Below are positions 11,798 to 23,990 of a DNA stretch of 64,000 nucleotides, piece after piece. How positions within the stretch are numbered: the stretch's first letter is position 1; the number at the start of each line of letters is the position of its first letter. Source of the stretch: Mobula hypostoma (lineage: Eukaryota). Under the pieces are notes generated by a model that saw nothing but the letters and a program-made list of their open reading frames with translations, searched no databases and was not told the DNA's origin. The position numbers were made by a program, and so were the translations under genes. The DNA lies in contig NC_086097.1 of NCBI RefSeq assembly GCF_963921235.1, positions 174,594,001-174,658,000 on the forward strand. Reading direction: 5' to 3'.

Positions 11798-14700
11798 CCA
11801 AATTCAATTTCAAGCTTCTCGATTTGGACCCTCTGAGGACCCCGGGTACTCACATTCAATTGATTGCTTCCCCCATCACATTCTGCGTGCCACGCTTTTC
11901 GCCATGAGGAGGTACCTGGTGTCCCTATCCCAGTCACTTCCACAACTCCAGGATTCTCCCTCCGCCGCAGGTAATGGACCTGTACACTATTTTATCCTCT
12001 GTTGGATCCACGCTTTCAGTCGCCAGTTCTTTGACTTTCTAATGTCTTGCAAGGATCGGAAGATCAGCTGTCTACAGACCACAGAACCTGTTGACTCCAA
12101 CGCCAGCAGGCCTGATCTTCTCCAGACGCGATCCTTGCTGCTGACCTCAACAGCTCTAACGATCCAGAGCAGATTCAAAACTCAGACTTCACTGTCATCA
12201 ATGTGAGTTCCAATGACCTCGCACACCTCCAAAGTGCCAATTTCACAACCTCCAATCCATCACTCCTTGCCCCACCACAACTCCATAATCCCACCTCTCT
12301 CAGGTCGCACCACCAGCTCTTGGGTACTTGGAGACTCCATCTTCCTCTCACCACACCATCCCTGAAAACCTAAACCTCCTTTCCCGTCAGGCACTACCAA
12401 CCCCCTACCCCCTCCAATCCCAGCACACATCCATGCCAGCTCTTCACCATCCCCTCTTTAAGGCAGAATGAACTGTCCTCACTTTTGATCCCCTGCACCC
12501 ACACCTCAGTGAGTTCCGCGCCTGCCATGACACTCAGCTCTTCTTCTGTCGCCTCCGTCTCCGAGCCTGTTTCTTTGGCAAGGACTCTCCATCCTGCACC
12601 AATGACCCCTTTTCCAGTCTTCAACCCTCCTGTTCTTCCTGGACATCCCGCCCTAGTCTTCTGCCTGCTCTGGACCTTTTCATTGCCAACTGCCGATAGG
12701 ACATTAACGGTAGAGACTTTAACACCCCTCTCTCCTATTCCAATCACACTCCTTCTGAATGCTCGGCTCTCCACTCCCTCTGCGCTAACCTCACCATGAA
12801 ACTCACAGATAAGGGAGGTGCTGTAGTAGTCTGGTGAACTAACCTCTACCTTGCTGAGGCCCAGCGCCAACTCTCAGACACCTCCTCACCTCTTCTTATT
12901 TACCCCTCGAAAGGACCCCACTAAGGAACACCAGCCCATTGTCTCCCATACCGTCACCAACCTTACTGACTCTGGGGATCTCCTATCCACAGCTGCCAGC
13001 CAAATAGTTCCCGCACCCTGCACCTCCCATTTCTACCTCCTACCCAAGATCCACAAATCTGCTTGTCCAGGTAGACCCATTGTTTCAACTTGTTCCCGCC
13101 CCACTGAACTCATATCAGCATACCTTGACTTTGTTTAATCCCCCTAGTTCAGACCTTTTCTACCTACATCTGTGACACTTCACACACTTCGGATCTTTTC
13201 AATGATTTCAGGTTCCCTGGCCCCCATGATCTTATTTTCACTAGGAGTGTCCAGTCCCTATACACCTCCACCCCCACCAGGAAGGCCTCAAAGTTCTCCG
13301 TTTCTTTCTGGTCACCTGACCCAAACAGTACCCCTCTACCACCACTCTCTCTGCCTAGCGGAACTTGTCCTCACTCTAAATAATTTTTCCTTTGGCTTGT
13401 CCCACTTCCTTCAAACTAAAGGTGTAGCCATGGGCACTCACATGGGTCCCAGTCATGCCTGCCTGTTTGCCGGCTACATGGAACAGTCTATGTTCCAAGC
13501 CTACATTGGTGACCATCCCGCACTTTTCCTATGCTACATCAACGACTGCATTGTGCTGCTTCCTGCACCCATGCTGAACTCGTCAACTTCATCCACTTTT
13601 CTTCCAACTTCCACCCTGCCCTCAAATTTACCTGATCCGACACCTCCCTCCCCTTTCTCAATCTTTCTGTCTCTATCTCTGGAGACAGCTTATCCACTGA
13701 TGTCTACTATAAACCCACAGACTCTCACAGCTACCTGGTCTATACCTCCTCCTATCCCGTTACTTGTAAAACTGCCAACCCTTCTCTCAGTTCCTCCGTC
13801 TCCACTGCATCTGCTCTCAGGATGAGGCTTTTCATTCCAGAACTAAGAAGATGTCCTCCTTCCTCCACCATCAATGCTGCCCTAAACCACATCTCCTCCA
13901 TTTCATGCACATCTGCTCTCACCCCATCCTTCCGCCACTCTACCAAGGATAAGGTTCCTCTTATCCTTACCTACCACCCCCCCAGCCTCCACGTCCAGCC
14001 ACCTCCAGCGGGTCCCACTACCAAGCATATCTTCCCCCCCCCACCCCCATTTTCTGCTTTCCGCATCCCTCCCCACTTATCTCCCTCCTGGCACTTATCC
14101 TTGCAAGCAGAATAACTGCCCCTATACCTCCACTCTCACTACCACCTTTGGCCCTAAACAGTCCTTCCAGGTGAGGCAACACTTCAAATGTGAGTCTGTT
14201 AGGGTTATATACTGTGTTTGGTGCTCCTGGTGTGGCCTCCTCTCTATCGGTGAGACCCGACGTAGATTGGGAGACTACTTTGCCAAGCACCTATGCTCCG
14301 TCCGCCAGAAAACGTGGGATCTCCTAGTGGCCACCCATTTTAATTCCACTTCCCATCCCCATTCCATGGCCTCCTCCACTGTCGTGATGAGGCCACACTT
14401 AGGTTGGAGGAACAACACTTTATATTCCATCTGGGCAGCCTCTGAATTGATGGCATGAACATCGAGTTCTTGAACTTCTGGTAAAGCAACCCCCACCTTC
14501 ACCATTCCCAATCCCCTTTTCCCTCTCTCACCATATCTCCTTGCCTACCCTCTGGTGCTCCTCCTCCCTTTTCTTTCTTTCTTCCATGGCCTTCTGTACT
14601 CTTCTGTCAGACTCCCCTTCTCCAGCCCTGTATCTTTATCACCAATCAACTTCCCAGCTCTTTACTTCATCCTTCCTCTTCAGGTTTCATCTATCTCCTT

Positions 14701-14851
14701 GAGTTTCTCTCTCCCCACCTTTTAAATCTACTCCTCAGCTTTTTTTCTCCAGTCCTGCAGAAGGGTCTTAGCCCAAAATGTCAGCTGTATTCTTTTCCAT
14801 AGATACTGCCTGGCCTGCTGAGTTACTCCACCATTTTGTGTGGTTTGCTCC

Positions 14852-15570
14852 ATCCCATCTAGTTATTTCACAGTTTGGGTGTCCCAGTCAATATGTGGTA
14901 CTATAACAACCTTAACCTTATGTTTCTTACAGCAGTCAGCAATCTATCTACAAATATGTTCCTCTAAATCCCGTAGACTGTTGGATGATCTGTAATATAA
15001 AGTTCAAAAGCTCAAAGTAAACATTATTTTTAGAGAGCATGCATGGCACCACATTCAATCCTTGCGGGCATACTTAGCAAACCGATGGAACAGGAACTAT
15101 AAACAGGATCAATGAACAACAAACTGTGCAAATGCAAATATAAATAAATAGCAATAAATACAAAGTATGAAATAACAAGCTAAAGCGTCCTTAATGTGAG
15201 ACAACTGGTTGGAGGAATAATGAGTGTAGTTATCCCATTTTGATTTTGAACCTGGTGGTGCGGGTCTTGAGGCACAGCGAGAAAAGAGCATGACCTGGGT
15301 GGTGAGGATTTCTGATGATGGGTGCTGCTTTTCTATGGCAACGTTTCATGTAGATGTGCTCAGTGGCTGGGAGGGCTTTACCTGTGATGAACTGGGCCGA
15401 ATCCATTACGTTTTGTAGGATTTTCTGCTCAAAGGCATTGGTGTTCCCACCCCAGGCTGTAATGCAGCCAGTCAGCACACCACAGTCACTAGATGAGTTC
15501 TCTAGTTTCTCCTGACTGAGCACTTCCATGATGTTTTCCCTGACTAGTAACCATCCCCCCCCCCCCACCA
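14852..15570 (-). mobile_element. continuation of the CR1 (endonuclease region), itself interrupted by a Rex1 fragment
   Basis: sequence continues across the Penelope TSD and parallels 47830-47990; 15485-15570 encodes GGGWLLVRENI. Confidence 0.75.
15001..15484 (-). mobile_element. Rex1/Babar LINE 3' fragment
   Basis: GVLTGCITAW...AQFITGKALP...HPGHALFSL; TTTGAAC-type tail. Confidence 0.8.
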
Positions 15571-16104
15571 ATTTAAGCAAGTGTTCCATGAACCTCAGGT
15601 TGGGAACCCCTGTTCTGAGCAGTGTGGGTTCTGGCTTTGAGGGACTGAGAGCTGCCAGTCATCAGATTGTTTTGTCTGGAATGGTGTCGTACTTTGAGCT
15701 GCACTCACCCAGGCGCATAAAATGTATTTAATCACGCTGCGAGCCTCCACACAATGGAAAGGCTGTGGGGGATGAGTGACTTCTGAGCAGTTGGTTTAAG
15801 CAAAGTATTTCCAAGCCTGTTTTAATTCCGATCACTGGAGATTCCCAGGTAACTGGTATTTGTTCAGACTTTGAGAAGGCTTTTGTTAAATCCTTTCCAT
15901 GGTTCCTTTGGCATGATAAAATGGTCATTCCTTTTCACACCACTGAGCCCATGCTGGGTCACCAAAGCATTCTCATGCTTCTAACTGATTTCCTTGTAAG
16001 CTATTCTTCCCCACCCCCCCCCCCCAAATTCACAACACCACCTTCCATGTTCTATCACTCACCTACATATCTTACAACTTGCCCAATTAACTTACAGCTA
16101 ACAT

Positions 16105-16260
16105 TGCCAAATTAACCAACCAGCTTGCACGTCTGTGGAAGGTGGGAGGAAACCAAAGTATCCAGGAAAATCCCACATGGTCACACTAAGAACATGCAGA
16201 CTCCCGACAGAAAGCATCTGGGGTCACTGGAAACTGTGAGGAAGCTGCTCTGCTACCTGT
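16105..16260 (-). mobile_element. V-SINE (HE1-like) fragment
   Basis: reverse complement of the V-domain GGAGTCTGCATGTTCT...GGTTTCCTCCCAC. Confidence 0.65.
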
Positions 16261-16484
16261 ATTATTTCATTCCCTCTGCCAACTGTGTCAGGTTATTAGC
16301 AAAAGTTGAAGTGTGTAGAGTTGAAGAAAAATTATTGACTTAGAAGGAAGTAGGTTGAACAGAAAAAGAAGGCTCAACAGAATAAGGAATATTGATAGCT
16401 ATTCATAATAACACAAAGTGACTAATGGCGTTTTAAAAACTTTCAGCTTTTCAGAACACAATGTAGAGAGTATGGTTGAGCAAC

Positions 16485-17033
16485 ATGTTCAATAGTTCAA
16501 AATTGAAACTAAATTTATGATCAATGTACTTGTATGTTACCCTATACTACATTGAGATTGATTTTCTTGCAAGCATTTTACAGGGAAAAAAGAAATACAA
16601 TAGAATTTTATGAAAAACTACATAAACACAGACTGATAAAGAGCAATGTGCAAAAGAAGACAAACTATGCAAATAAAAATAATACTGAGAACAATTCAAG
16701 TCCATTTCCTTAAGTCTTAAATGCATGCGTTTCTTTGTGAGCACACCACACATAGGGTATAAATGCCATGAGAATTAACTGTTTGCAGCAGCAGCATGGT
16801 ACATTACAAACATGGCAGACATAAGCTAACTTAAATTAAGTTACCACAAATTTAATTGAATATAAATTATACATAATTTGCATGACAAAATAAAGATATA
16901 AATATTATTTCAAGTTCAGAGAGAGAAAAGGGAATATAGTTTGAGATAGTGTTAGGGTCAATTTGAGAATCTGATGGCAATGGAGAAAAGCTGAGCATTG
17001 AGGTGTAGGTCTTCAAGCTTCTGTACCTGATTG
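16485..17033 (-). mobile_element. Rex1/Babar 3' fragments
   Basis: RYRSLKT C-terminal motif; 3' UTR similar to 33108-33360. Confidence 0.6.
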
Positions 17034-18293
17034 CAGACATCCCACCTCTCCCGGAAGATCCGGGAGTCTCCCGCATATCGATCGTGGCTCCCTGATGCCC
17101 GGAAATTATATACAATATCCCGGAAATAGATTTTTTTGAGAGGGAGAGCGAGCATCCTGATTGGTTTCTCTTCGTGCTAAGAGTGGTCCCCAACCACCGG
17201 GCCGTGAGGGAACAATATGATTTGGCAATATGAAACGATATGAGTCATTTGCACCTTTCCTCATTCCCTGTCACACACTGTTGAACTTGAACACACGTGA
17301 GGTCATTACCTGCGTGTCATCCATGTCAGCGCGGTAAGAAGATCAACTCCTCGAGCTTGTAAATGACGGGGGGCTGAAAAGTTTGTTTGACATAACATCT
17401 CTGCTGGCATTCTGGATCAAAGTCAAGGCTAGATGTCCTGAGATAGCCATGAAAGCACTGAAAACGTTGCTTCCATTTCCAACATCACATCGCTGCGAAG
17501 CGGAGTATTCTGCAATGAATGCAACGAAAATTAAACTGTGGAATAGACTGGACATAAGGAATCCCCTTCGAGTATCGCTGTCTCCCCTCACCCTTGCTGG
17601 GACCGTCTTGTTGCAGGAAAACAAACCCAGGGCTCGCACTGATTCAGCGATATTGGTGTGTATTATATGTTCATACGAGGAAAATATGCGCTGTGTGTTT
17701 AATATCCAAATGTTATGATGTGATTAACACCACCCCCCCCCCCCCCCCCGGTTGGCCGGTCTGCAAGGGTATTATTATTAAATCGGTTTGCGGTGCAAAA
17801 AATGTTGGGGACCCCTGCTAAGTAGACCTATCAGTTTTCTCTGTGGGCGGGCTTTACAGTCGACCTCAAAAATAATGACAGTGTTGCTCGCTGCACTGTT
17901 TGCAACAGTGACTTTTCTATTGCCCACGGTGGGTTAAAATGTAAAAGACATGTTGAGGTGAGTTTAACAGGTGTCATTACAGCATAGCTAATGTTATTTA
18001 AACTAGCTGGCTAGCTGCTAAGGAGCTACGCTATTGATGTCCTACGTGATGAGGCCAAACTCCCTGTAGACTTGCTTAAAGTTGTAATAGAATAAACATG
18101 ATAATATAATATAAGCACATATTTTAATGTCACATTTGCTGCATATACCCAACTTGGTTTACAGATTAGACAAAATCACTAAACAAAGTATTACATACAC
18201 CCTTGGAGGTCAATGGGCGGGGGTGGGGGTGCTACTTCCCTGAAATGGTGGTGATACCTCCCTGAAATGAGTTTTTGCAGAGTGGGATGTCTG
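17034..18293 (+). mobile_element. internally deleted hAT transposon retaining a BED zinc-finger remnant
   Basis: perfect 12-bp TIR CAGACATCCCAC / GTGGGATGTCTG; TGATTG on both flanks; 17853-17957 encodes ARCTVCNSDFSIAHGGLKCKRH followed by a GTGAGT donor. Confidence 0.85.
17182..17817 (+). mobile_element. non-autonomous hAT-Charlie/Buster element nested in the hAT above
   Basis: TIRs (C)AGTGGTCCCCAAC / GTTGGGGACCCCTG; ORF 17383-17718 encodes hAT C-terminal dimerisation domain FWIKVK...ALKTLLPFPTS.RCEA.YS; partial TSD CTAAG. Confidence 0.88.
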
Positions 18294-20058
18294 TGATTGA
18301 TGTCATATTCTTACGACTTCACCTCCCGAATTCTGGCTTGCTCCTTTTCTTCACCCTCCTTGCTGCAATTGTTCTGTTTACCTTACAGCAGAAATCAACC
18401 ATTTCCTGCTTTGTTTTGAATCAAAAATCACTTGTCATTTTTCAGCTACTGGAAATTTAAACTTCCTTTGAGAAAGAGCCAGTATTAAAACTGAGAAATG
18501 TCCAGGATGGACATCATCCGCTACCTCATTTTAGCACAAGCACATTTCCACCATTTTATTCAATATTTAAAAAAATTATTCAGAATGTCAAGTGCATCCA
18601 AAAATACCAACAGAGATTGGGATCAGAGTAGTCTTCTGGTCCATTATTTGGTTGAAGTAGTTTTCTGCTAAGTGGTTTCTGCATTTGACTATACTTTAAA
18701 AAGCACTACTTAAGAGTGTTTCAGTGTATCCCACAATACATTTTATAAAACTCTTCCTACATAGTTTCTAACAGTATTTTTTTATATAAAGCATGCCATT
18801 TGGACTAAAGGGGTAATGAATCATGCATGCAAAAGTGTTTGTAAGGCAAAAAGCCCAGAAAATGATGAGTAGTTATTTATCAACCTCAAGAGGAATGTTA
18901 CGTGGTTTCATCTTGGTACTAGTATTAAGACTATTTCAATATAGACCTGAGGATAAGTATTCATCATTGGTCACTAGCTCTAAATGTGTACATAGCACAT
19001 TGTTTTCAACTTCCAAAATTCTGTGTCAAATTCCAGAAGCAGAGTATAATATGCAGCCACTTTTATATGTGCATGTTTAGTACAAGTGACAAATTTTACT
19101 CTAAGCTCTCTCTCTTGCATCAAGCTGAATGATCAGACAGGTTTGAGAAATTTGTTTTGTTTCAATATGCATTTCCTCATCTAATGATTTATTATACAGA
19201 TTTGCAATATTACCAGCATCATGCATGAGTTTTGGTAGTTTTGCTTTATTGACATCGAACTAATATTCTTTATTACTGAATTGACCAAACAAATCATCTG
19301 CTAGTTCTTATCAGCGCACACCAGCCAATTTACATCCAAAGCCTCAGAGGTTTATGTTTTCTGAGACCTTTTCCTCCAATTGAATTTCAGTTCTCTCAAT
19401 GAGACTCCATAGTCAAATGTTGACATTGAGAGATACTGTCAATTGCACTGGTCCAAGAAGACTTTTTATATGTGCAAGTGCACATTCCTTTATCTGAAAT
19501 TCTGAAATCCAGAAAGCTCGGAAAACCGAAGTTTTTTCGCCAACTGCTGACGTCACTCAGGTGTGACGTGGCAGCACTAGCAGAGGCCGCCAGATGTCAG
19601 TTGTGGCTCAGCGCTTGTACTGGTTACACGTGCATTTGCTGTTCGCTGATATTTTGTGTTCACTGTTGACTTTGTGTTTAATTTCACTGTGAAAATGTCA
19701 AAAAGAGCTGTAGATACCCCTATGGGTAACAATAAGAAAAAGAGAAGAAAAAGAGAAGGAAGCATCTATCATTAACAATAATTCAGAAAGTGGAGTTATT
19801 ATAGAAGCTTGATCGTGGTGTGTCTGTGCAGCGTCTTACTGAAGAAAATAGTGTTGGAACTACCACTGTATATGATTTAAATAAACAGAAAGACAAGTTA
19901 CTGAAGTTTTATAGTGACAGTGGCAGTCACATTCTACATTTATTCCAATAAGTCATTGACCATGTGTTTGATTCAGTTTGTTTGAAGCTGTGTATTTTTA
20001 TGTTTTATTGAATGTTTTTGTTGGAAATAAAATTTCTTCTTGTCATTATTCCCCAAAC

Positions 20059-21243
20059 CAGGGGTTGCCAACCTTTTTTGCACTGTGGACCGGTTTAATA
20101 TTGACAATATCTTTGCGGACCGGCCGACCGGAGCGGGGGGTAGGGTTGCTAATGGACAAGAGTAGCAATCAAATACATTGTGTTTACCCCGAGAAAGACT
20201 ACAATGACCATGAAGCCTTGCGTGGGCAGCTGTGTGCGCATGTGTGTACGTGCCGATTTTCTTTTCCACAAATCGTTTTTGGCGATTCTGTTCGGGTGGG
20301 GGGGGGGTGGAGTGTTAATCATGACCAGAATATAGGTGATAAGTGGCTAATACACTCAATTTCGTTTCTAAAAGGGTTTCTCTAACGAACTTAATATTAA
20401 ACACACAGCGCATATTTTCCTCGCATGAATATAGTGATAAGTCAATTATCAGGGGAGCTTGAAGTAAGTATTGAACGAACTTCCAGTAGAAGTGGTAGAG
20501 GCAGGTTCAATATTATCATTTAAAGTTAAATTGGATAGCTGTATGGACAGGAAAGGAATGGAGAGTTTTGGGCTGAGTGCAGGTGGGTGGGACTAGGTGA
20601 GAGTAGCGTTCGGCACGGACTAGACGGGCCGAGCTGGCCTGTTTCCGTGCTGTAATTGTTATATGGTTATATAAGTCACTTATAAGTCAATAGCATCATA
20701 ACATTTTAAGTAACGCTTGGATATTAAACACAGCACATATTTTCCCCGTATGAACATATAAAATCATTGCAACAGACCAATATTGCTGAATCAGTGGGAG
20801 CCCTAGGCTTGTTTCCCTGCAACAAGGAAGTGCCATCGAAAGGTGATGGGAGACAGCGATACTGGAAGAGGGTTCCTTATGTCCAGTCTATTCCGCAATT
20901 TAGTTTTCGTTGCGTTCATTGCAGAGATATGTTGGAAATGGAAGCAACGTTTTCAGTGCTTTCATGACTATCTCAGGATATTTAGCCTTGACTTTGATCC
21001 AGAATGCCGGCAGAGATGTTAGGTCAAACATACTTTTCAGCCCACCGTCATTTGCAAGCTCGAGCAGTTAATCTTCTTCCCACGCTGACATGGATGACGC
21101 ACGGGTAATGACCTCGCATGCGTTCAAGATCAACAGTGGGTATGACAGGGAATGAGGAAAGGTGCAGCTGTCTCATATCGCCAAATCATATCGTTTCCTC
21201 GCGGCCCGGTACTGGTCCGTGGCCCGATGGTTGGGGACCACTG
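20059..21243 (-). mobile_element. second copy of the hAT-Charlie non-autonomous element, nested in the Tigger
   Basis: TIRs CAGGGGTTGCCAACC / GGTTGGGGACCACTG; TSD CCCCAAAC / CCCTAAAC (7/8); reverse-complement-similar to 17182-17817. Confidence 0.9.
20472..20670 (+). mobile_element. CR1 3' end inside the Charlie element
   Basis: N.LPVEVVEAG-type C-terminus, GGGCCG...GGCCTGTTTCCGTGCTGTA 3' motif, (GTTATAT) tail. Confidence 0.75.
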
Positions 21244-22009
21244 CCCTAAACAATACAGTATAACAATTATTTACATAGCATTTACATTGTATTAGGTATT
21301 ATAAGTAATCTAGAAATGAATTAAAGTATATAGGAGGATGTGCATAGGTTTGGTGCGCCGCCGGGTCCTAAAGTCCACCGCACTGGGACTTGAGCATATG
21401 TGTTTTTTGGTATCGTTGGGGGTGGGGGTCTGAAATCCGAAAAATTCTGAATTCCGAAATGCAACTGGCCCCAAGGATTTCGGATAAGGGATTGTGGACC
21501 TGTATATGAACGAATAGATAAAAGTAATGAAATGTAATGAATGGTGCCTCCCAGCTCTTTGAAAGCTTTTTACAGATGGAAGATTAGAAAATTCTACCAA
21601 AGAAGACATACTTTTGGCAGTAGTACCAATCTCAGTTGTAGTAACAAAACTGGATACAACTTGTCTTTGATTTAACATGTTGATGGAAGGAAGTGATATT
21701 GAGCTAGTATACTGAAAATTTTGTTTTTGTAATTATGCAAATACATTTTAGTTCAAATCTGCTCAAATATACAATACCCCCTTGTAAAATTGAGATCTGA
21801 GTGATTCGGATATGTAAATTAAAATAACAATGAATGCTGTTATACTGTTTGAACTTCATGGAAAAGTTAATACAAATAGTGGTCTTCTGTTTGATCTAAA
21901 CTAGTATTATATGTCTATTTATGGGATGTTAGGAGCACTGACAATGTCAAAGTTTATTAGATAAATATGGTTGCAGTATATACTTTAAGTTTTTAAATTT
22001 ATCATTAGG

Positions 22010-22285
22010 AATTGGAATTGGTTTCTTATCATGTACGGAGATACAGCGAAAAGATTGTCTTGCCTACTTTTGCATACAGATCATTACACAGTGCATTGAG
22101 GTAGTACAAGATAAAGTAATAACAATGCAGAATAAAGTGTAACAGCCACAGAGAAATGCAATGCAGGTAAACAATAAGGTGCAAGATGATAACAAGGTAT
22201 GTTGTGAGGTCAAGACTCCAACTTATCTTACCTGGAAATTATTTAATAGTCTTATAACAGCAGAGTAGAAGCTGTCCTTAAGCTT
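22010..22285 (-). mobile_element. Rex1/Babar 3' fragment
   Basis: GGAATT-repeat tail; CAGCAG..TAGAAGCTGTCC segment shared with other Rex1 copies. Confidence 0.55.
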
Positions 22286-22739
22286 GCTTTTGTTTTGACC
22301 CTTTGCTTTAGAGTTGAACTAATAGTTGATCTATTCTGATAGAAATTGTTCTTTTTTGGGTTTTTGGAAAGCATACGTGAGTACTTTGGTTACTGTTCAA
22401 GTTGGACTTACTTCTTGATTGCCTATAGGCAAAATATATATAGTATTCCCTCAGATAGAATTCACAGGTTCCACAAAACTAAGATGTATTTACACAACTG
22501 TCTTACGATAGCTAAAAGTCTCAGGGCAGTTCACTGGAGCGTTATTCAACAGAGTTTGGCACAGGCAAAAGAACAGGTGATGAAGTGCAGGACTGAGCCA
22601 TTGTGAAGTACTGCCAGTGCAATAGAAATGATAGTGAGTGAAAAGCAGAAAGGCAATGGTCTGTAGGAGAATGATCAGCTAAGGCACAGGAAAGGAAGGC
22701 TGGTCACTGCAGGAAGGAAAATAACTGCTGAACATGATA

Positions 22740-23330
22740 TTCCAGCTTATATAAATTGCACAGTTTTAAAGGGCTTGAAGGAACAGAATAATCTGCATGT
22801 ATCGCTGCAAGTATCATTGAAAGTGACAGGCCATTCTGAGCGATTTGTATGAAGGCATATAGAATCTTGAGATTCATAATTGGACGATAGAATATGAAGT
22901 ATGGAGTTTTTGTTGAACCTTTGCAAAATAACAGTTAAGTTATGGTCAGATGATTGTATCCAATGCTGAACACCATTTTTTAGGAAGATATTTCAAGTCC
23001 AAGCTAAGAAGTGGAAAAGATCAACTAGAATAGTTGATCTTATGGTCTTATGGTCTAATAGTTCCAGATAAGAGATTTCAGTTGCAAGTGCAGACTGAAG
23101 AATCTACATTGCAGTCATTGGAACAAAGAAAGTTGTGGGCAGATTTGATTCAGTGTACATGATCAAGAAAAATCTGTCAGGGTTTTTAAAAAGAGAATTG
23201 TGTAGACATTTGAGAAAGGACTTAAACAGCTGTGAGGAAAGGGCAGAGGGAATGAGAGTAATGGGATTGCTCTTTTAAGAGCTGGCAGAGACTGATAGGG
23301 TGATAGGTTCACCAGTCCCATAACGATGTT
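22740..23330 (+). mobile_element. old decayed CR1 3' fragment
   Basis: degenerate similarity to CR1 ORF2 C-terminus (cf. 58780-59480). Confidence 0.5.
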
Positions 23331-23619
23331 AAGCTTCTATGTTTAACTGTAAGTTTGTAATCTGTAAATGAAGGGATCTCTGATTGAATGAAAGTAACTG
23401 CAGCTGAACATGGACATATACTTTACATTATAAAGTAAGGTTAAAAACTAAATGCTATATAGACTATGTTCAGAAGGTTTATTTTGGAATTATCTTTTCA
23501 ACTGATGGAATCTATAAATAGTGAAGTACTCTTTCAAAATAGAGTTGTGCACAACCATTTGTTTTGTCTGCCTTTTTTGGTGGTTCATTCTCGCTTCTTG
23601 CTCTCAAGCTGTTAATCTC

Positions 23620-23990
23620 CCCTCTCACTGAGGCAAGAGTGATACCTCTCTCTCCCTTGTTAGTGAGAGAAAGTGCCTGTGGCAAGTCAAATTTTCAGGT
23701 GAGCTGTGGTTTTTGATGGACTGTAGATCATGGTCCACCTGGGGGCTTTGCTGTTGCTTGCATGATGGGTAATGGGGAGGCTAATGCTTTTCACTGGAAT
23801 AAGTGGGGGAGAGGGAGGGTTGATGCTTTGCTATTGCTTATGCATGGAAGGGGGAGGGGTGGCTTGGGGTTCTAATCTTTTCCTGTCATTCATTCTTTGG
23901 GGGTTTTCTTCTGTTGTGTAGATATCTAGAGTAAGAATTTCATGTTGTATATTGTGTACATTCTCTGATATTAAATAGAACCATTGACCC
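23620..23990 (+). mobile_element. unclassified non-LTR retroelement 3' part (related tails at 25830-26045 + and 27975-28215 -)
   Basis: shared tail AGAATTTCA.GTTGTAT..TG..TACA...T.A.A.TAAA. Confidence 0.45.

Larger units (their letters stand above)
4989..14851 (+). mobile_element. near full-length Penelope-like element (Neptune-type), decayed, containing a nested L1
   Basis: 10-bp TSD ATCCCATCTA at 4979-4988 and 14852-14861; inverted partial pLTR 4989-~5130 plus direct pLTR ~5130-5731 matching 3' end ~14310-14850; RT motifs FYLLPKIHK, GRPIVS, GVAMGT, YINDC; GIY-YIG VIYCVWCSWCGLLSIGETRRRL. Confidence 0.92.
19475..21502 (+). mobile_element. internally deleted Tigger (pogo/TcMar) transposon, Tigger4-like
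   Basis: ~26-bp imperfect TIR CAAGTGCACATTCCTTTATCTGAAAT / ATTTCGGATAAGGGATTGTGGACCTG, followed by TA; transposase N-terminus from 19695 MSKRAVDTPMGNN...QKVELL*KLDRGVSV...YDLNKQKDKLLKF (CENP-B-type HTH). Confidence 0.88.

Noticed and set aside
15577..15612. tiny hAT MITE related to 271-350
   Set aside because: Only the right TIR GGTTGGGAACCCCTG is clear; left TIR and TSD are poor
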